Assembly: GCA_036172245.1 (NCBI GenBank)
Contig: JAYWIR010000007.1
Location: 1,922,001 to 1,986,000, forward strand
Direction of reading: 5' to 3'
DNA length: 64,000 nucleotides
DNA from: Raillietiella orientalis
Taxonomy: Eukaryota
In this document: positions 47,136 to 60,700 of the stretch, piece after piece
How positions within the stretch are numbered: position 1 is the first letter of the stretch
Layout of the letters: every line of letters begins with the position of its first letter
Program-made: the position numbers and the translations under genes
Notes under the pieces: generated by a model
Database searches by the model: none
What the model saw: only the letters and a program-made list of their open reading frames with translations
What the model was told of the DNA's origin: nothing

Positions 47136-49264
47136 CTCTCTCTCTCTCTCAAGCAACATTATAACCCCGCCCCAAGCGCTTTAGCTACCACAGTTGTAAA
47201 ACCCGAGGAAACTCAATGAAACTCTAGCCTCGAACGAGGGGTCCCGCTGGTGATGCAGTTCCATGAATGAAGCAGATTTTCGGAGGATCCGCCATGAGGC
47301 TCGGCAGTCGGTTCGGGCAATTTGAATGGATTCGCTGGAAACGATAATTCCACACAAAGGATTGCAGCAACAGCACCACTTTTTTTTTTTTCTTTTTTTT
47401 TTTTTCCTCTCTCTCTCCTCCTTCTTCATTTTCTTTCTTTCTTTTTCCTCGTGTGGCGCTTCTCGATCCACATGAAGCGCTGCTGCTTCCTTCGATCCAC
47501 GAGGCAGCATCTCCCGAAAAAGTGCGTTTCAAATGCAAAATAAAAGACAGAAAGGAAGAAGAAGAAGGAAAAAAAAAAGGGGGGGCGTTTTTCTTTTGCT
47601 TAAGATACATTTTGATTTCTGTTTCATTATTATTATTTGCCCCCTTCCATCGTGGGGACGCACCGGCAATTTCACCGTACACATTGCAATTAAAGGCAGC
47701 AATTAAAAAAAAAAAAGAAAGAAAAAAAGAAAAAACCGTGCTTTTCGGTTATGTACTTCACGCGCGAGCGCTCGAATTCTGTGGTACCCCTATGTTCTGC
47801 TGGAAGGAGAAACATGGCGGCCAGGGAGAGAGAGACCTTTCCGCGACGGACGCTTCACGGGAAGCGCGGAAATGCTTCTGGGCAGGACACGAAAGCCCAG
47901 CAGGCGTCTTCTTGCGAGCAGAGCGCAGAAGACGGTCGGCGGCGGCGGCACTCACGCAGACAACCGGCGGCGGCAGCAGCAGCTCCAGCTCCAGCTGCAG
48001 CAGCAGCAGCAGCAGCAGCAGCGGCGGCGGCGGCGGCGGCGTTGCCAGGGAGCGCACCACCACCGCCGAGAGCGCCAAGAAGCGCGGGCGTCGTCCCCGA
48101 GACGAAACGCAGCGCGCACTGGCAACCATCAAAAAACAGGGAAACGACGTGCACCCAACAACATCGGCGTGACCTTTTTTTCCTTCCCTCCGCCCCCCCC
48201 CCCCCCTTTCCCGATCCGCAGTGCCCAATTGCTGCGTCGGGTTACACCATGTACGGGCAGCAGCATCCTCGCGCCTCGGCACCGAGCAGCGCAAGGAGAG
48301 GGAAACTGCATGAATGGAAACACGAAAATCCCACACCCGAGTGCATGAATGGAGCAGCCCGGCCGTTCTTTATTGCAAACACGCGTAAACAAATAATTAA
48401 GCCAAAAACACGAACGCGGTCCTCATCCCCGACGACTTCGGAGGACGATAAATAACAACGTGAAATCCAGAGGGAGAAAAAAAAGAAAAAAAGAAAGAAA
48501 GAAAAAGAAAAAAAAAAAAAAAAAAAAACAAAGATGCTGAAAAAGATCGCTTCCTGCTGGGCGTAGCCTTACAACTCCGGCGGGAGAGGCAAATCTGGCT
48601 CCCAACTTTGCGACTTCCGAAAGAATTAACAGATGGCAGGGAGCGCAGGTCTTCTTGAATGAATCAATGAACGTAATTTCCAAAGATGAATGCTCGAGCG
48701 CCGGAGACGGCTGCCAAATGTCTCAGCGCGAATGCGAGCTATTTTTATGCAATACTTTGCATATCTGAGTGGATGCTTGAGAATATGTGAAAAACGGGGC
48801 TTTCCGAAGCTGGCAATCATTCAAAGATATATAAAAATTTCCTCGCTCTCTCTCTCTCTCTCTCCCTCCTCTCTCCCGTCTCCCCCCTTTGTCTGTTTCT
48901 CACTCCACCCGTCCTTGAGTGGAAAATCATACACCCGCCATCTGGCTCATCGCAGATAACGCCCGCAGGCCACATTAAGCGTCCTTGTTGCTTGTCGATT
49001 TCCCAGAGAGCTACCGACTTGAAAATGGGGGCAAAGGTCGTCGTCAATCTCATAACGAAGATAACACTGCGCGTCACAAACGAGACGCAGCTACCAAGAA
49101 CTGAAGTTTCCCAGAAGGGAGAAGATAATCACAAAGCAGCAGCTCATTCTCATTCCCATGAGAAAACTGCTTTTTGGCATCCAACCCTTCTATGCAGGCA
49201 CGCGGAATGCATGGCTGAAATGACCGTTTCGGAGGGAGCTGCTTCGTGGTACGAACGTACAAAA

Positions 49265-49295
<31 letters not shown>

Positions 49296-51521
49296 TGACA
49301 ACCGCGGTGACCGAAAGTCGGCGGGGCTGTCTGCCTCTTTTCAGTCTTGCCAACGGGTTGGGCGACTTTTTTTTTTTTTTTTTTCCTTTCTTTCTTTTTT
49401 ACGAGACACGTTACTCCGTGAGCGCACGATGGAATTATCATGAATAGTAGTAGCAGTGGTAGTAGTAGCAGTAATAACAACAACAACAACAACAACAACA
49501 ACATGAAAAAAAAAAAAGGGGGGGGGGGGGAAACCTGTACGAAGGGCCGCATCTTTCTGGTGTTTCAAGAAAACTGGTTTCGGAGGAGGAACGCAGGCTC
49601 GCAAGCAGAGGCTTTCCTCATCTTCCCCCCCCCCTTCCCCGACGTGAGAGATAAACAAGAGCCACATAATAATAATAACAAGAAGAGTAATAAAAAGGCA
49701 GACGAACTGGTCGCGTCGAAAATTCACCAAAGATGGAAGGTAAACCGTCATGGCCGTCGTCGAAACATTCACTGTTTTCGAAATGAAACCACGAAGAAAG
49801 CAATTTTTTTTCCCCTCTACGATGCAAAACATCCACTCGTGATGTCCGCGTAAACTGTTGATTTTCATGTTGTTTGCGTTGTTTCTTTCTTTCCTTCTTT
49901 TTTCTTTTTCCTTTTTTTTTTTTTTTTTTTTTCGTGGAGGGGGGAGGAGGGGCAAACCAAAGCAATTAAGAACCCTATGGACCTCAAGGAAGACCAAAGT
50001 CTGCCAGGAAGAATCTCCGAGCGTGAATCCTCGAAAGAGAAATAGCAACCAACACCCCCTCCCTCCCTCCCTTCCCCCCCGTGGCGCGTCCCGAATCCGC
50101 AATCGACCCCCCGAAACTCATTTTTGCAGCCGGAACAAAGTGGATGAGTGCAAATGCACTCCCTGATGATACCTCCCTGAAGGAGAGCCGACCAGCCGCC
50201 CCCCACCTACGGGCAGGGTGCAGCCACCTTCGCAGGACCGAAGGTCCTCCTCCCTGCAGGTACGGGGCGCTCGCGAGTCAGCGCCGTCGGCGAGCCTGCG
50301 GGGGAGCGACGAAGCACCTTGGCCTTCGATCCGAGGAGCTGCGACGGCACCCTCAAGTACCACCGGATGAAAGGAACGCCACCGCTTTTATCCCTTCTCG
50401 TGCCGCACACACACACACAGTACTCGCAAAGCATCGTCGAGGTAAACACATGGGAGTTCAATAAACAGCCGTCTGGCGAAAACGGAAGAACCGTTCCTCG
50501 GAGGGAGTTCAGATGCAGACCGGCAAAGACGTCGTTCCTGGAGGCGCCTCTCCCGTCGTTCCCGCGGCAACCGATCCGCAGGCTTGTCTCGACCGGCGGC
50601 GAGCAGCGGGAGGAACTCGAAGACGGCCCACTCCGGCGAAACGGGCCCCTCGCCCTCTCCCCCCCCCCCCCGGGTGCGGATGCCGGGAGAGCCCAGCGTT
50701 TCCCCCCGTGGCCGGGCGGAAGCCGCCGCCGCCTCCAGAGGGAGGAGAGGAGCACCTTTGGGAAACCGGGCGGCCGCCACAGGCCATCCTCCTCCAACCC
50801 AACCCTCCGGGGGGACGTCGAACAAAACTCCCGGCATCTTCCTTGGGGATTGAGTGATCCGACGGCGCTCGCCACCGAGGAGTACATCCATCACGCCGCG
50901 TGTGCACACGGCATCATCCACCTCGGTGCCACCTCGGTGAAAATGAAAATAATCCGCAGGCAATCGTTTTGGGTTTGGCAGTACTTCAAGGATATTGAAT
51001 GAAGTACTTTTAATAGCCATTACGCGCTGCTGCAGCGCCGAGGCGGCTCCAATAAATTAGGGATTCCGACTCCTCTCAGGGAAAGTCTCTCCGCGTCCAC
51101 GCCGTTCGCGCTGCGCGGCTCCTCACTGTATTTTTAAACCTCACTTTTAGGGACTCCTCGCAGCAGCAGAAGGCAAACCCTTTTCAAGGTTTCCTGCAAA
51201 AAGGTGTTTCGGCGGTGGGGAACGCGTCGGACGCGCGGAACGAAGCGACCGGGATAGCAGGAAGGGGGGGACTGAGAGAGGCAACAACTCGACCACTTTC
51301 CGGAGGGGTCCGAAAAACGGAACCGGGGATTCCCGGTTCCCGGCTGCGGTAGCAGAACGAGGGGGCATCGGCTCTCTTTTGCATCGACGGAGAAGCTGAT
51401 ATTTGGTTTCTTGAGTGTTCGCATTCCCCCCCCCCCTCCCCACTCCTGTGAAACAGTAGACCGCCGAGGGAACAAAAAAAAAAAGCAACGCAAAGAATGC
51501 TGTGGAAAAAATTATGGGAAA

Positions 51522-51555
<34 letters not shown>

Positions 51556-51607
51556 TCCTTCCAGAAAACACTCAACACGCACGCACAAAAAGTATTCTTT
51601 GCATGTT

Positions 51608-51638
<31 letters not shown>

Positions 51639-53749
51639 GAAAAAGAAAATGAAACACGCTGAGCATCCGACACCGGCGTGCCTCGCTGCGTGCAAGAGAC
51701 TGTCTGCTGGAGAGAATCCTCAGCTTCCGATAGGTCGGAACAAACCCACACAGCACAATACTATGCACCGATGACGAATGTGCAAATGGATGCGACCGGT
51801 GAACCTCCTCGGATGCACACACTCTGGAAGAGACGCCATTCATCCCCTTCCTCCCCCCCCCCCTCCTCCCCTCCCCGGCTCGCGCGCGCACAACCAGCTC
51901 GCAAAGACGAGATGAGATCGCGAAAGTGTTTCACCGTCGTCCGAGAAGCTGCAATTACCAAATCTGACGACTGCAGCTTGTTAACTCTTTGCGGAAAACG
52001 ATCTTCCCAAAGCGTGCTGCTGCTGCTGCTGCTGCTGCAAGGAGAGAGTCCTTCTGCACACGTCGTCAGACGAATTCGGCAGACGCGGCGGTCATGGAGA
52101 CAGAAAGCAGTGACCACGTCGTCGATGCAGAGAAATATGGATCCTTTTCTTTTGGGGGGGGGGGAGGAAGGCAATCTCTTCTTCATCGTGTTCGAATGCT
52201 GCATCTGATAAAAACGATGCACTACGTGTGCGCATTCGTGACGCGCAAAGAGCAGACCCCACTTGTGCTCGCCTGAAACGAAATTCGCTGACCACCCCGA
52301 ATAGCGAAATTCTGCCATCTTTCTTTAGCTATATACATCGAATTCTAAATCGTGGTGATGCAGGGGAGAAACAAAAAAAAAAAGAAAAAAAAAAGGAGGA
52401 GGAGGAGCAAACGTCACGGTATGTTTACAAGGCATGCACGCCTTCCCTCACCTTCCCCCCCCCCCCTCCTCGTGGACGCAAGAAGGCCGGGATACCGACC
52501 TCCTCCTCCTCCTCCTCCTCGTGCTGTGAAGCCCACACGCGTCTCCTGCCACGCATGTCCGGGAAAAAAAGCAGGAGAAAGGAAAGAACGGGAGCGAAAG
52601 AGACGTAAGAACAGCGAAACAGCCGAAGCCGAGCACGCTATCCCATCGCACGTGCGGGGATGTTGGTACACGTCCGAAACGATCGCGAGGGTGGGACGCA
52701 TCCCGGAATCTTCCTCGCGTGTGCAGCGACTGCCAAGCGGATTCCCGAGCTGCCTGCGGACACGGCGTCTACGCGAGGGCCCACCAATCACTTCACACGA
52801 CGATCAGTGTTACCACCGATCCTGTTTTTTGGAGGAACGAGCCCCCCCCCCCCTCCTCCTCCTCCTCCTCCTCTTCCCCCCCCCCCCCTCTGCTCCAGCA
52901 CCAAGAACACGAAGCGTGCATCTCTCGAAGAACGCATCTCTTTTTCCTTCCTGCCGTCCCTCCTCCCCACCACCGAGCGGGAACGGACGGAGACTCCCCG
53001 CACTTCAGACTTTCAACACGATCATCATCGGATGACAATATGTTCATCCGATTGGTGGCTAATGGAAACGAAATACGCAAGCAGTATGTTCTTCTGACAG
53101 TTGGCAGAAAACAACGGAGCTGAAAACCGCACGTCTTGCAGATGCCATGGTTTCAGCTCACGGGCGAACAGATGCGCCGTGAACGATGAGGGATGCTTAG
53201 CATTACGGAAAATTAGCTCTGGGCACGGGCGGTCGGATCTTTCCACCTACTCCGAGGAAGGTGCGTGCCCCCCACGAGTACGGGGGAAGGATTCACCTTT
53301 CCCGGGACAAAGGTAAGCACTCTTACCCAGAGAACTTTCCGGATCCGAAAGATCCGACAGGGACGGCACTTTCTGTACACTCCGTAAAGTGGGTACGCAC
53401 GCCTCGCCGTCATCCATGGGTTCGACTTTAATGCGGCCGTACACATCGTACTCTGTCACCTCTGTTGTGAACTTTATCTGCTGAAAGACAATTCCAAATG
53501 TGAGAAGGAAAAAAAAGGAGGAAGGAAACAAAAAGGGGGAGGGGTGGGGGTGGGGGGAAACAACAAAAAAAAAGAGGGGGGGGGGGGGCGGAGGGGGAGA
53601 GGGATTTAAAAACAAGCAAGCAAAAACACACAGCAGTCGTGTTTGGCTACCTTTAGAGTTTTGTTTTTAGCCATCCTCTGGCCGTAATTTGGGACATAGA
53701 AATCCTGGGTCTCTAAACTCGGCTCGCTATACAGCTCATATAGGTCCAT
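41432..53749 (-). CDS. pnt: ETS transcription factor pointed (PntP2-type) / Ets1-2 orthologue, spliced, about 563 aa
   Basis: Exons on the minus strand: 53749-53651, 53480-53327, 46022-45906, 45541-45341, 44831-44613, 43289-42999, 42161(or 42179)-41913, 41850-41553, 41495-41432. All introns are GT-AG with compatible phases; the total is 1692 nt = 563 aa + stop. Contains [32 protein letters not shown] (MAPK site as in PntP2/Ets1 T38), the PNT domain DPRQW...[10 protein letters not shown], and the ETS domain [14 protein letters not shown]...[31 protein letters not shown]. The true start could lie further upstream. Confidence 0.95.
41553..41850 (-). CDS. pnt: pointed exon 8: ETS DNA-binding domain
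   Basis: [99 protein letters not shown]. Confidence 0.97.
41913..42161 (-). CDS. pnt: pointed exon 7
   Basis: DVYGEQF...[14 protein letters not shown], resembling Ets1 KPVIPAAALAGYT. Donor TCAG|gtaagc. An alternative in-frame acceptor would start the exon at 42179. Confidence 0.85.
42999..43289 (-). CDS. pnt: pointed exon 6
   Basis: [14 protein letters not shown]...[13 protein letters not shown]. Polypyrimidine tract plus ccag| acceptor, donor CGCG|gtaagc, phase 1-1. Confidence 0.85.
44613..44831 (-). CDS. pnt: pointed exon 5
   Basis: [33 protein letters not shown]...GLPYSQ. Acceptor ccgcag|, donor CAAG|gttggt, phase 1-1. Confidence 0.85.
45341..45541 (-). CDS. pnt: pointed exon 4: PNT/SAM domain
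   Basis: [25 protein letters not shown]...[13 protein letters not shown]. Acceptor cccag|, donor AGAG|gtgggt. Confidence 0.95.
45906..46022 (-). CDS. pnt: pointed exon 3: MAPK phospho-acceptor PLTP and start of PNT domain
   Basis: [39 protein letters not shown]. Acceptor ttgcag|, donor AAAG|gtacac. Confidence 0.95.
50940..51110 (+). mobile_element. Possible BED zinc-finger relic (hAT-derived) in a pointed intron
   Basis: [15 protein letters not shown] resembles the BED-finger S.VWxYF motif. The downstream Cys/His positions are broken. Confidence 0.25.
53327..53480 (-). CDS. pnt: pointed coding exon 2 (QIKFTTE...[16 protein letters not shown])
   Basis: Acceptor tttcag|CAG (NAGNAG). Phase-1 donor CTGG|gtaaga joins to give [15 protein letters not shown]. 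Confidence 0.85.
53651..53749 (-). CDS. pnt: pointed coding exon 1 ([10 protein letters not shown]...KTLK)
   Basis: Acceptor ttgcag|GCT ATG with the exon starting at 53752. Phase-0 donor AAG|gtagcc matches the next exon. Confidence 0.7.
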
Positions 53750-54545
53750 AGCCTGCAAAGCACAGATTGTGAACACGAGACGGAACACCCCCCCCCCCCC
53801 CCCAGGAGTGCAGCTGCGTGCACGGAGACACATCGGAAGCGCACTTCGTCCGCTCCGTGCACGGATAGGCAATCAGTGGGAACGGCACGCACACACACCT
53901 ATGGACATCTAACATTCAACACCAAAATTACCGGTGGAGGGGGGGGGGGGAGAGGAAAAGCAGAAGGGGTGGGGTGGGAGATGCTCTTTCACGTGATGTC
54001 GTCACGTAGCGCGCGCCCTTCGGACGATCTTTTCCTTTTTCGGCGCAAAGTAAATAAATAAATAAACTCGAGCACGTCTTTGATGGGAAGTTCGCTGCGT
54101 CAACAACATGCAAATTTTCCTTTTTTTTTTTTTTTTTGTTTTTGTTTTTTTTTTACCTGCTTAACAAAAATCCGTGCACGTAAATTCCCTTCGTGGACAG
54201 TCATCCATACTTGGGGAGCGCGAAACTTTTCCACCCCACCACCACCCGCCCCCTCCGATCCGAAAAGACGGGGAGGGGGGGAAGAAAAAAAAAAAGAGAG
54301 AGAGAGAGAGAGAGAGTGAGAGAGAGAAAAAAAAACGTCCTGCAGCACCGCAGCAGCAAGCGTGAGAAAACCATTCAAAGATTTACTGTTAATGACGTTG
54401 TGGCACAACCCGTTCCCCCATTCGGAAGCTGCGAGCAGCCCATGCCAGCTAAATCTGTTCGGGTTACTTGGGCTGCAGGCCGGGAGCATCACAAAAGAGC
54501 CTCCGGAGCACGGGAAAGACAAAGAGGGCAGGACGGCGCATGAGT

Positions 54546-54579
<34 letters not shown>

Positions 54580-54682
54580 TCCATTCATCTGCGGGCGATC
54601 TCTCTCTCGCACGGGAACACGCAGCACGCGGAATCACCGCCACATCAATTTCACTCGCACGATGCAATTTTCACACAACCAC

Positions 54683-54719
<37 letters not shown>

Positions 54720-57700
54720 GGAAAAGGAAAAAAGGAATCGGCACGAGATTCACCTATGTGGAAGAAATACTGCTGCGGGAGCGCCGATGAGCACACTTTC
54801 GCAGCTGCATCCACCATCCCACCGTCACTTACAAATGAATGAATTACTATCTGGGCTTTCCGCCGCGAGATCTCACCACTGCGGCTCCTCGGTTATTCGG
54901 AAGATTTACGGAAGACTATTGGCTGATTAAGAATTCATGGCTGAAAGATGCAATTGGCACGCCTTGCTACTCATAGTAATAGAGAAAGCCCACGGTGCAT
55001 GTGGGGGGGGAGGGGAAGAAGGGGGGGGGGGGAAAGAAAAAAAAAAAAGAGGCTCCTGGGAGTACATTCGGGAGAGAGAGCGAGAGAGAGAGAGAGAGGG
55101 GGGGGGGCGGCAAGAATTCCTCCTGCTGAACGCCGTCGCCTGTGCATGACGTTTACGCTATTGTAATTTTATCACAAACAACATGCATTCCGACGAACAC
55201 ACACACACACACTCGATCCCATTCTTCCCCTCACCGTTGAATGTTTCTCTCTCCACACACACACACACACACACACACGGGAACACACGCAGGATGCCAA
55301 AAAAGAGGGGGGGGGGGAAGCTTTTTTCCCTTTTATTTTATTTTTTTTTCGCCGCCACCCTCCTTTCTTTCATTTGTTTTTGTTTTTCTCTCTCTCTCTC
55401 TCTTCTTTCACCCATTTGCTTAATTTACACGAAGATGATGAACGCGAAAAGAAGAAGAAGAAGAAAAAAAAAAAAAGAAAAGGAAAGAAAAAGGAATGTC
55501 CATTTCACGGCCGGCGAAACGCACCAAACTGCTGCTCTCTATCCACCCGCGCGACTTCCCGCGACCTGCGAACAAGTGCTGCTGATGCTGATGCTGATGC
55601 TGCTGCACACAATGGCCGGGATTTTCATTCAATCTTTCGGGAACTCGATATCTAATTTGTCCAATTAGATACATACCGAGCCGTGTGCGGTGACGACACC
55701 GCGCATGTGATTGGTCGACCCGCCGGAGACAGGGAACAGTGTCATGACTGGTGGTGTTCCAGATATCTCTCTCCCCCCTCCTCCTCCTCCTCCTTCCCCC
55801 CCCCCCTCTTCCTGCTCCTCTCTCGTTTTCGTTTTCGCTGTTTGCGTCGCTGTGCGCGGATTTGATTAACTTTGGGAGCATTCGTGGAAGACGGATTTTG
55901 TTCGTTACGCTGGGAATCATAAATTCTTCTCTCGTTGTGGCGCGGAGTGTGTTTTCTTTCGGGGAGGAGGAGGAGGAGGAGGGGGGGGGGGCGACACGAG
56001 GAAGAGGAGGAGGAGAGATGCGCTTATCGTGGCATTCACAATGCTTCTGTTTAAATTAGCAGCAGCTCTCACTTATCCAGACATCTATCCGACATGCAGA
56101 ACGGCCTGCTGGCGATGCGAACATCCCTCCTGCGGCATCTGCGTCTTCTTTTCGGAAGGAAACTATCCTTCCCGGTTTCCTTGGGGAAGGGAGGGATCGC
56201 CTGTTCTCCTGAATGGCAAGTGGTAGCCGATTTTTCTTGGTTTTTTTTTTTCTTCTTCTTCTTCTCTTCCCGCCTTGGGAAAGTCGGAAAATTTGCTCCA
56301 TGGGAAGGGTGCAGGAAAGAACCGAAAGCACGCTGTTGGCCGTCGGCAAGAAGAACCGACCCCTGAAGAACACGGCACGCAATGCCGTGCTCCTCCTGGA
56401 CCAGGGAGCGGACGGAAGCCGCTCGCCCTCGAGGTCCGTGGATTTCCCGTTTCTTGGAATCGGGAGGCGGTCGAAAACCTCGATGAGCCTTCGCCAGGGC
56501 TTTGGCTCTGCGGCGCGCCACCAACCACCGCCTCGCCAGTCACCGAAGATTAAGTTTCCTGATGAAAGACGCAGAGATGGGCGAATATTTGGGACTTCTC
56601 TCGTTGCTACCATCTGCAGTTTCTTTGCTTGCTGTCTGCGCAATTACGCCAACATTAACTTCTGCCGACAGGGGCGGTTAATATGATTAACCCCGGAAGG
56701 GTAACGTGACGATTTGGTGCACAAAGGGTTACGCGGTCTCGTGGAGCACACCGATGGAGATTGTAAAAATTTTCATAAAAACGAATCATTTTGTTAATGA
56801 ATTGCGATTCCGTTTGCAAATTTACTCCGCAAGCAATTTGCACGGCACGCATGACTTTTTTTTTTTTTTTTGCAAGAGGCACACTTCGTCCCCTTCCTTT
56901 CCGGTCGGAGGAACGTGGAGGCTCCTTTCGCGGCGCTGATGGGCGGTCACGGGTTCTCGTGGAGCGCCCCGGGACCTCGGATCTTCCTGATTTCGTGCAG
57001 ACGAAGTCGAATTTCGCGAAGAACGAGGCGAACCGCTTGCATTGCGACCGGCGCTCCGCGTGGGGCGCCCCGCGGGCCGGCAGACCTGCCCTCTGCTTCC
57101 GTGTTCCCGTCACCTGGATCCCGGTCAGATGGAAACTCTTCCCGGGAAGAGCTTCTCCTCTTTCGCAGCCTCCTTCCTTCCCGTCCGTCCCGTGGGAAAA
57201 TTTCATCAGCAGCGTCCCGTGGGATTTCGTTGCGAGGTGACGCGGTGGTGTCGCGTGCGACACCGCCGGGCGCGGATCGAAACAAACCCGACCGACCCTG
57301 CAGGCGCGCGGGGGGCTTGGCCGGGAAGTGACCACGGGGCGGGGAGCCCGCACTCCGTTCTGTCGCTTTCCTGTATGCCGCATACGACGCCACGTCACCC
57401 TTCCAGGGTTAGCAGTCGGTATAGCTTTCGTCGATACGTGTCGACAGAAGTTGAATGGACACTGCGAATGTAAGTCTTCCACGTTGGCAGCACAAAAAAG
57501 AAAAGGAAAAACCCTGCGGAGATGATTTCACTCCGTCGGTCCGCAAAGGCGGCTGAGTCCATTGCGCGACCGGAAAGCGAGGAGCGGATTCTGAAGCATT
57601 TTCTCGAAAACATCCGAAATGCCACAGTGAGGAGGAGGCCGTGTGGGCTCGAACGTGAACCACACCCGAACGCAGGGCGCATTCCTGAGGCTGGGCCCGT

Positions 57701-60700
57701 CCCGTGGGGAAGGCAGAGGCGGACGAGATCCGGGAAAAATCGGCGTCGATTCCCACCTACGGATCGCGGTTATTATTACTCCAGGAATGCCAGTACATCC
57801 CCAGTGGCAGAATGTGCTTTTCGGGTAGCAACTCGGAAACCAAATCACCTGCCGTCGAGAGTTTAAAAAAGGAAGAGAAATGCATGGGTCACACGAGTCA
57901 GCCATCAGCCATCAATCGATCAACATTACGAATGTTTGGGCATGGCTCTGAAATTCGTCAAATTTGGTAGTGGGCCTCGCATTTGGGGATGGGAAGGGGG
58001 GAGGAGGGAGGGAGGGGAGGGCGAGGGAACTATTTTGTTTTTGCGTTCACCGATAACGGACCGCATGCGATTAGGGGGGAGGAGGAGGGGGGCGTCGATT
58101 TCTTTTGTTTCCATGCAGCTTCCTGCGTCTTCCCATGGTATAAGTAAGCATCGGTAATTGTTTTGCTCAAATATTAATAGTAATCGATTTGTTTCGTTGG
58201 CTTCGTGTTTGAAAAGTGAGCCGACTCCCCCGCTCGCCTGAAGGAAGCTTGCTGCTGCTGCTGCACACGCGAAGCAGCAGCAGCAGCAGCCCCCGTGCTC
58301 CAAACCCACCGCCTGCAACCTCTGCAACGTGCCACCACGGCAACTCGCCGACTCTGAGAACGAAGATTCCACGATCATGCAAGATGAACGGCGTCTCCCT
58401 TAAACGAGTGAGAGCTTATCGTGAACTGATAAATAAGCCATGGGAAAAGATTCTAAGCTTTCATTGCCTGATCCGTGTGAAGGAAGGGGGGGAAAAAAAA
58501 AGGGGAAAAAAAAAAAAAACATTCTTTACTCGGTGTGCGCGCGCGCGCATCTCCTTAAAAGCAGAAACCGGGCTTCGCGGAGAATGGACCTGGAGACTGC
58601 AAAATAAAAAAAAAAGGGGGGGGGGGGATAAAGTTATGGGAGAAGAACGGGGAAAACGGCTCCAAGAAATCCTTTCAATTGACTTTAGCGAAATGGAAAG
58701 CATTGCTGTTGAATGTGTTTCTTTCTTTTTCAAAAAAAAAAAAAAAATGATAATAATAATAATAATAAAAAAAAAGGATCCATGAGAAAAGAACCAAATG
58801 AACCATAACGACCTAACGTGAAGGTTCGACCGAGCACGCTGCAAACCCAGAAGTCAGCAATGGTCTCTGAATCCGTCGAAGTCGCTAAAGGAGTCATAAA
58901 CACGATTAATGCTCTATTTCCATAAGTGCCCCTCCTCCTCTCCTCTTCCATTAACGAACGATCGACCGTAGTCCATCATACTCGGAGCAGAAGGGGCTGC
59001 TCGCAGTGGCTAGGGGATCCTTCCTTCGTGACGCGCTCTTCGCCAAGGCAACGGGCACGGGTAGGAAAAAGGAAAGGAGGAGCAGCTGGGCGGCTACCGC
59101 AAGAAGCCATGCGTTACCACCACGGAAACAGAAAGGCGACGGCGCGTTCTCCATGCCGCACGAAACGTGCCGTGCTCTCGCCGCCGCCGAATTCCTAGCT
59201 GTCCTCGTCGCCTCCCGACGGAACGGCTGTTACCCTGGCAGCGGTTGACAAGGGAGGATCGATCGTTCGATTGTTGGAGGAAGGAACCAAAATAAAACGT
59301 GCGGAGCATTGTCGAATTGGAACGCGGCAATTAAAAATCGCACATGGAAGGATGAGCTTTCCGCATATCAACAAAGCCGGTTATTTATAACGTGATGGTA
59401 ATCGGCCCCCTCCGCCCCCCCCCCTCCCCCTCACACACACCTCGTGGGCCCAACAATGCGTGCGGAACCCGCCGCCTGCGCGTCCTCTGCTGCAACAATG
59501 CAAACTGAGAAATCGATTTCCTTTGCCGTGTGTGCACTCCGGTCGGAGGAGGGAACGGCAGCAGGAAAACAAAAGGAGGAAGGAGGGGGGGGGATATATA
59601 TTTTTGGCGTGGGGGGGGGGGTCGTCTGCAAAGCCTTGGTCCGAAGCGAAATCACGAAGAACATGGCGGTCGCCGCTCGAGTCGCCTTTTGCGCGATGGC
59701 GGCACCGTGCTTGGCCGGTGCGGCCAGTTGAAGATGTAGCGTGATGGGATGATGATGCTGCGGACTTTCCAGGATCGGAGCAGCAGCATCCTCCTCCCCG
59801 TAACGATTTACTTCCGTTTTTTTGCTTCCGCTTTGGCTTGGTATATAAAAAACAGCCAGTTCGGATTCTTGATTCGAGTGCGTTCCCCCCACCTCTTCCT
59901 CCACCCCTTTGACGTTTGAGGAAAATCGGCGCGACAAAACGCTCCTTGTCTGCGTTTTTCGCCACTCGAGAACCAGGAAGAACCAGCCAGTGAATCTTTC
60001 AAGCCTTTACTTTAGAGGGCAGAAGGCATTTTCCTCTCGGAGCATTAAGAAGATGCTCGCTCACAACTCACCGCCTTGCTGCTATCAAATCCGGAGGATG
60101 GCATTTCATTCGGCCATGCCTTCTGCCAAACGCGATCGCTTTTACCTGCTTCTCGCCCCCCTCTCTCACAGGCGAAATTGCCACGCTGCCGGTAGGAAAC
60201 GTAATTCCCACCTCTGGCGCCACACAAAATGTTCCTTCTGGTGCCACTTTCGCATGTGTTTTGAAGGACCAAACGGGCAACGAGATTTAGGAATGCCTCT
60301 TCTATCGTTTAGTCGTCCGGAGTTTTCTTTCTTTTTTCCCGCTCTTTTTCCCACCCCATTTTCTTGGCGGTCAGCCGAGAAAGCCAAACCAAATCCAAGA
60401 AAACTGGCCGCGTTTTGTTTATTGACACTCGGGTTACAACGTGTCTGAGGACCGTCATTAACAATGCTCTCGTCCAGGGGCCTCGCACCAAGAGGACGCT
60501 TGCAAAGCAGCACAAGTCGGTGCATGCACGCCGGGCTTCCTCTTTCCGATGTTGATTTTACTTGCCTCGCTGACTCGCCCAGTAATTCGGATCCATATGC
60601 AAATAGACTACATTAAATAACAGGCGATGCGAAGAGGACGGGAGTCACGTAGCAGCGCGGACCTCGTCTTTCCTCGCAGCTGCCCATCTCGTGGTGGGAG

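Noticed and set aside
47940..48060. Poly-Gln/Ala/Ser ORFs here and at 23440-23480 and 54548-54580
   Set aside because: Translations of trinucleotide microsatellites without splice signals or flanking coding character.
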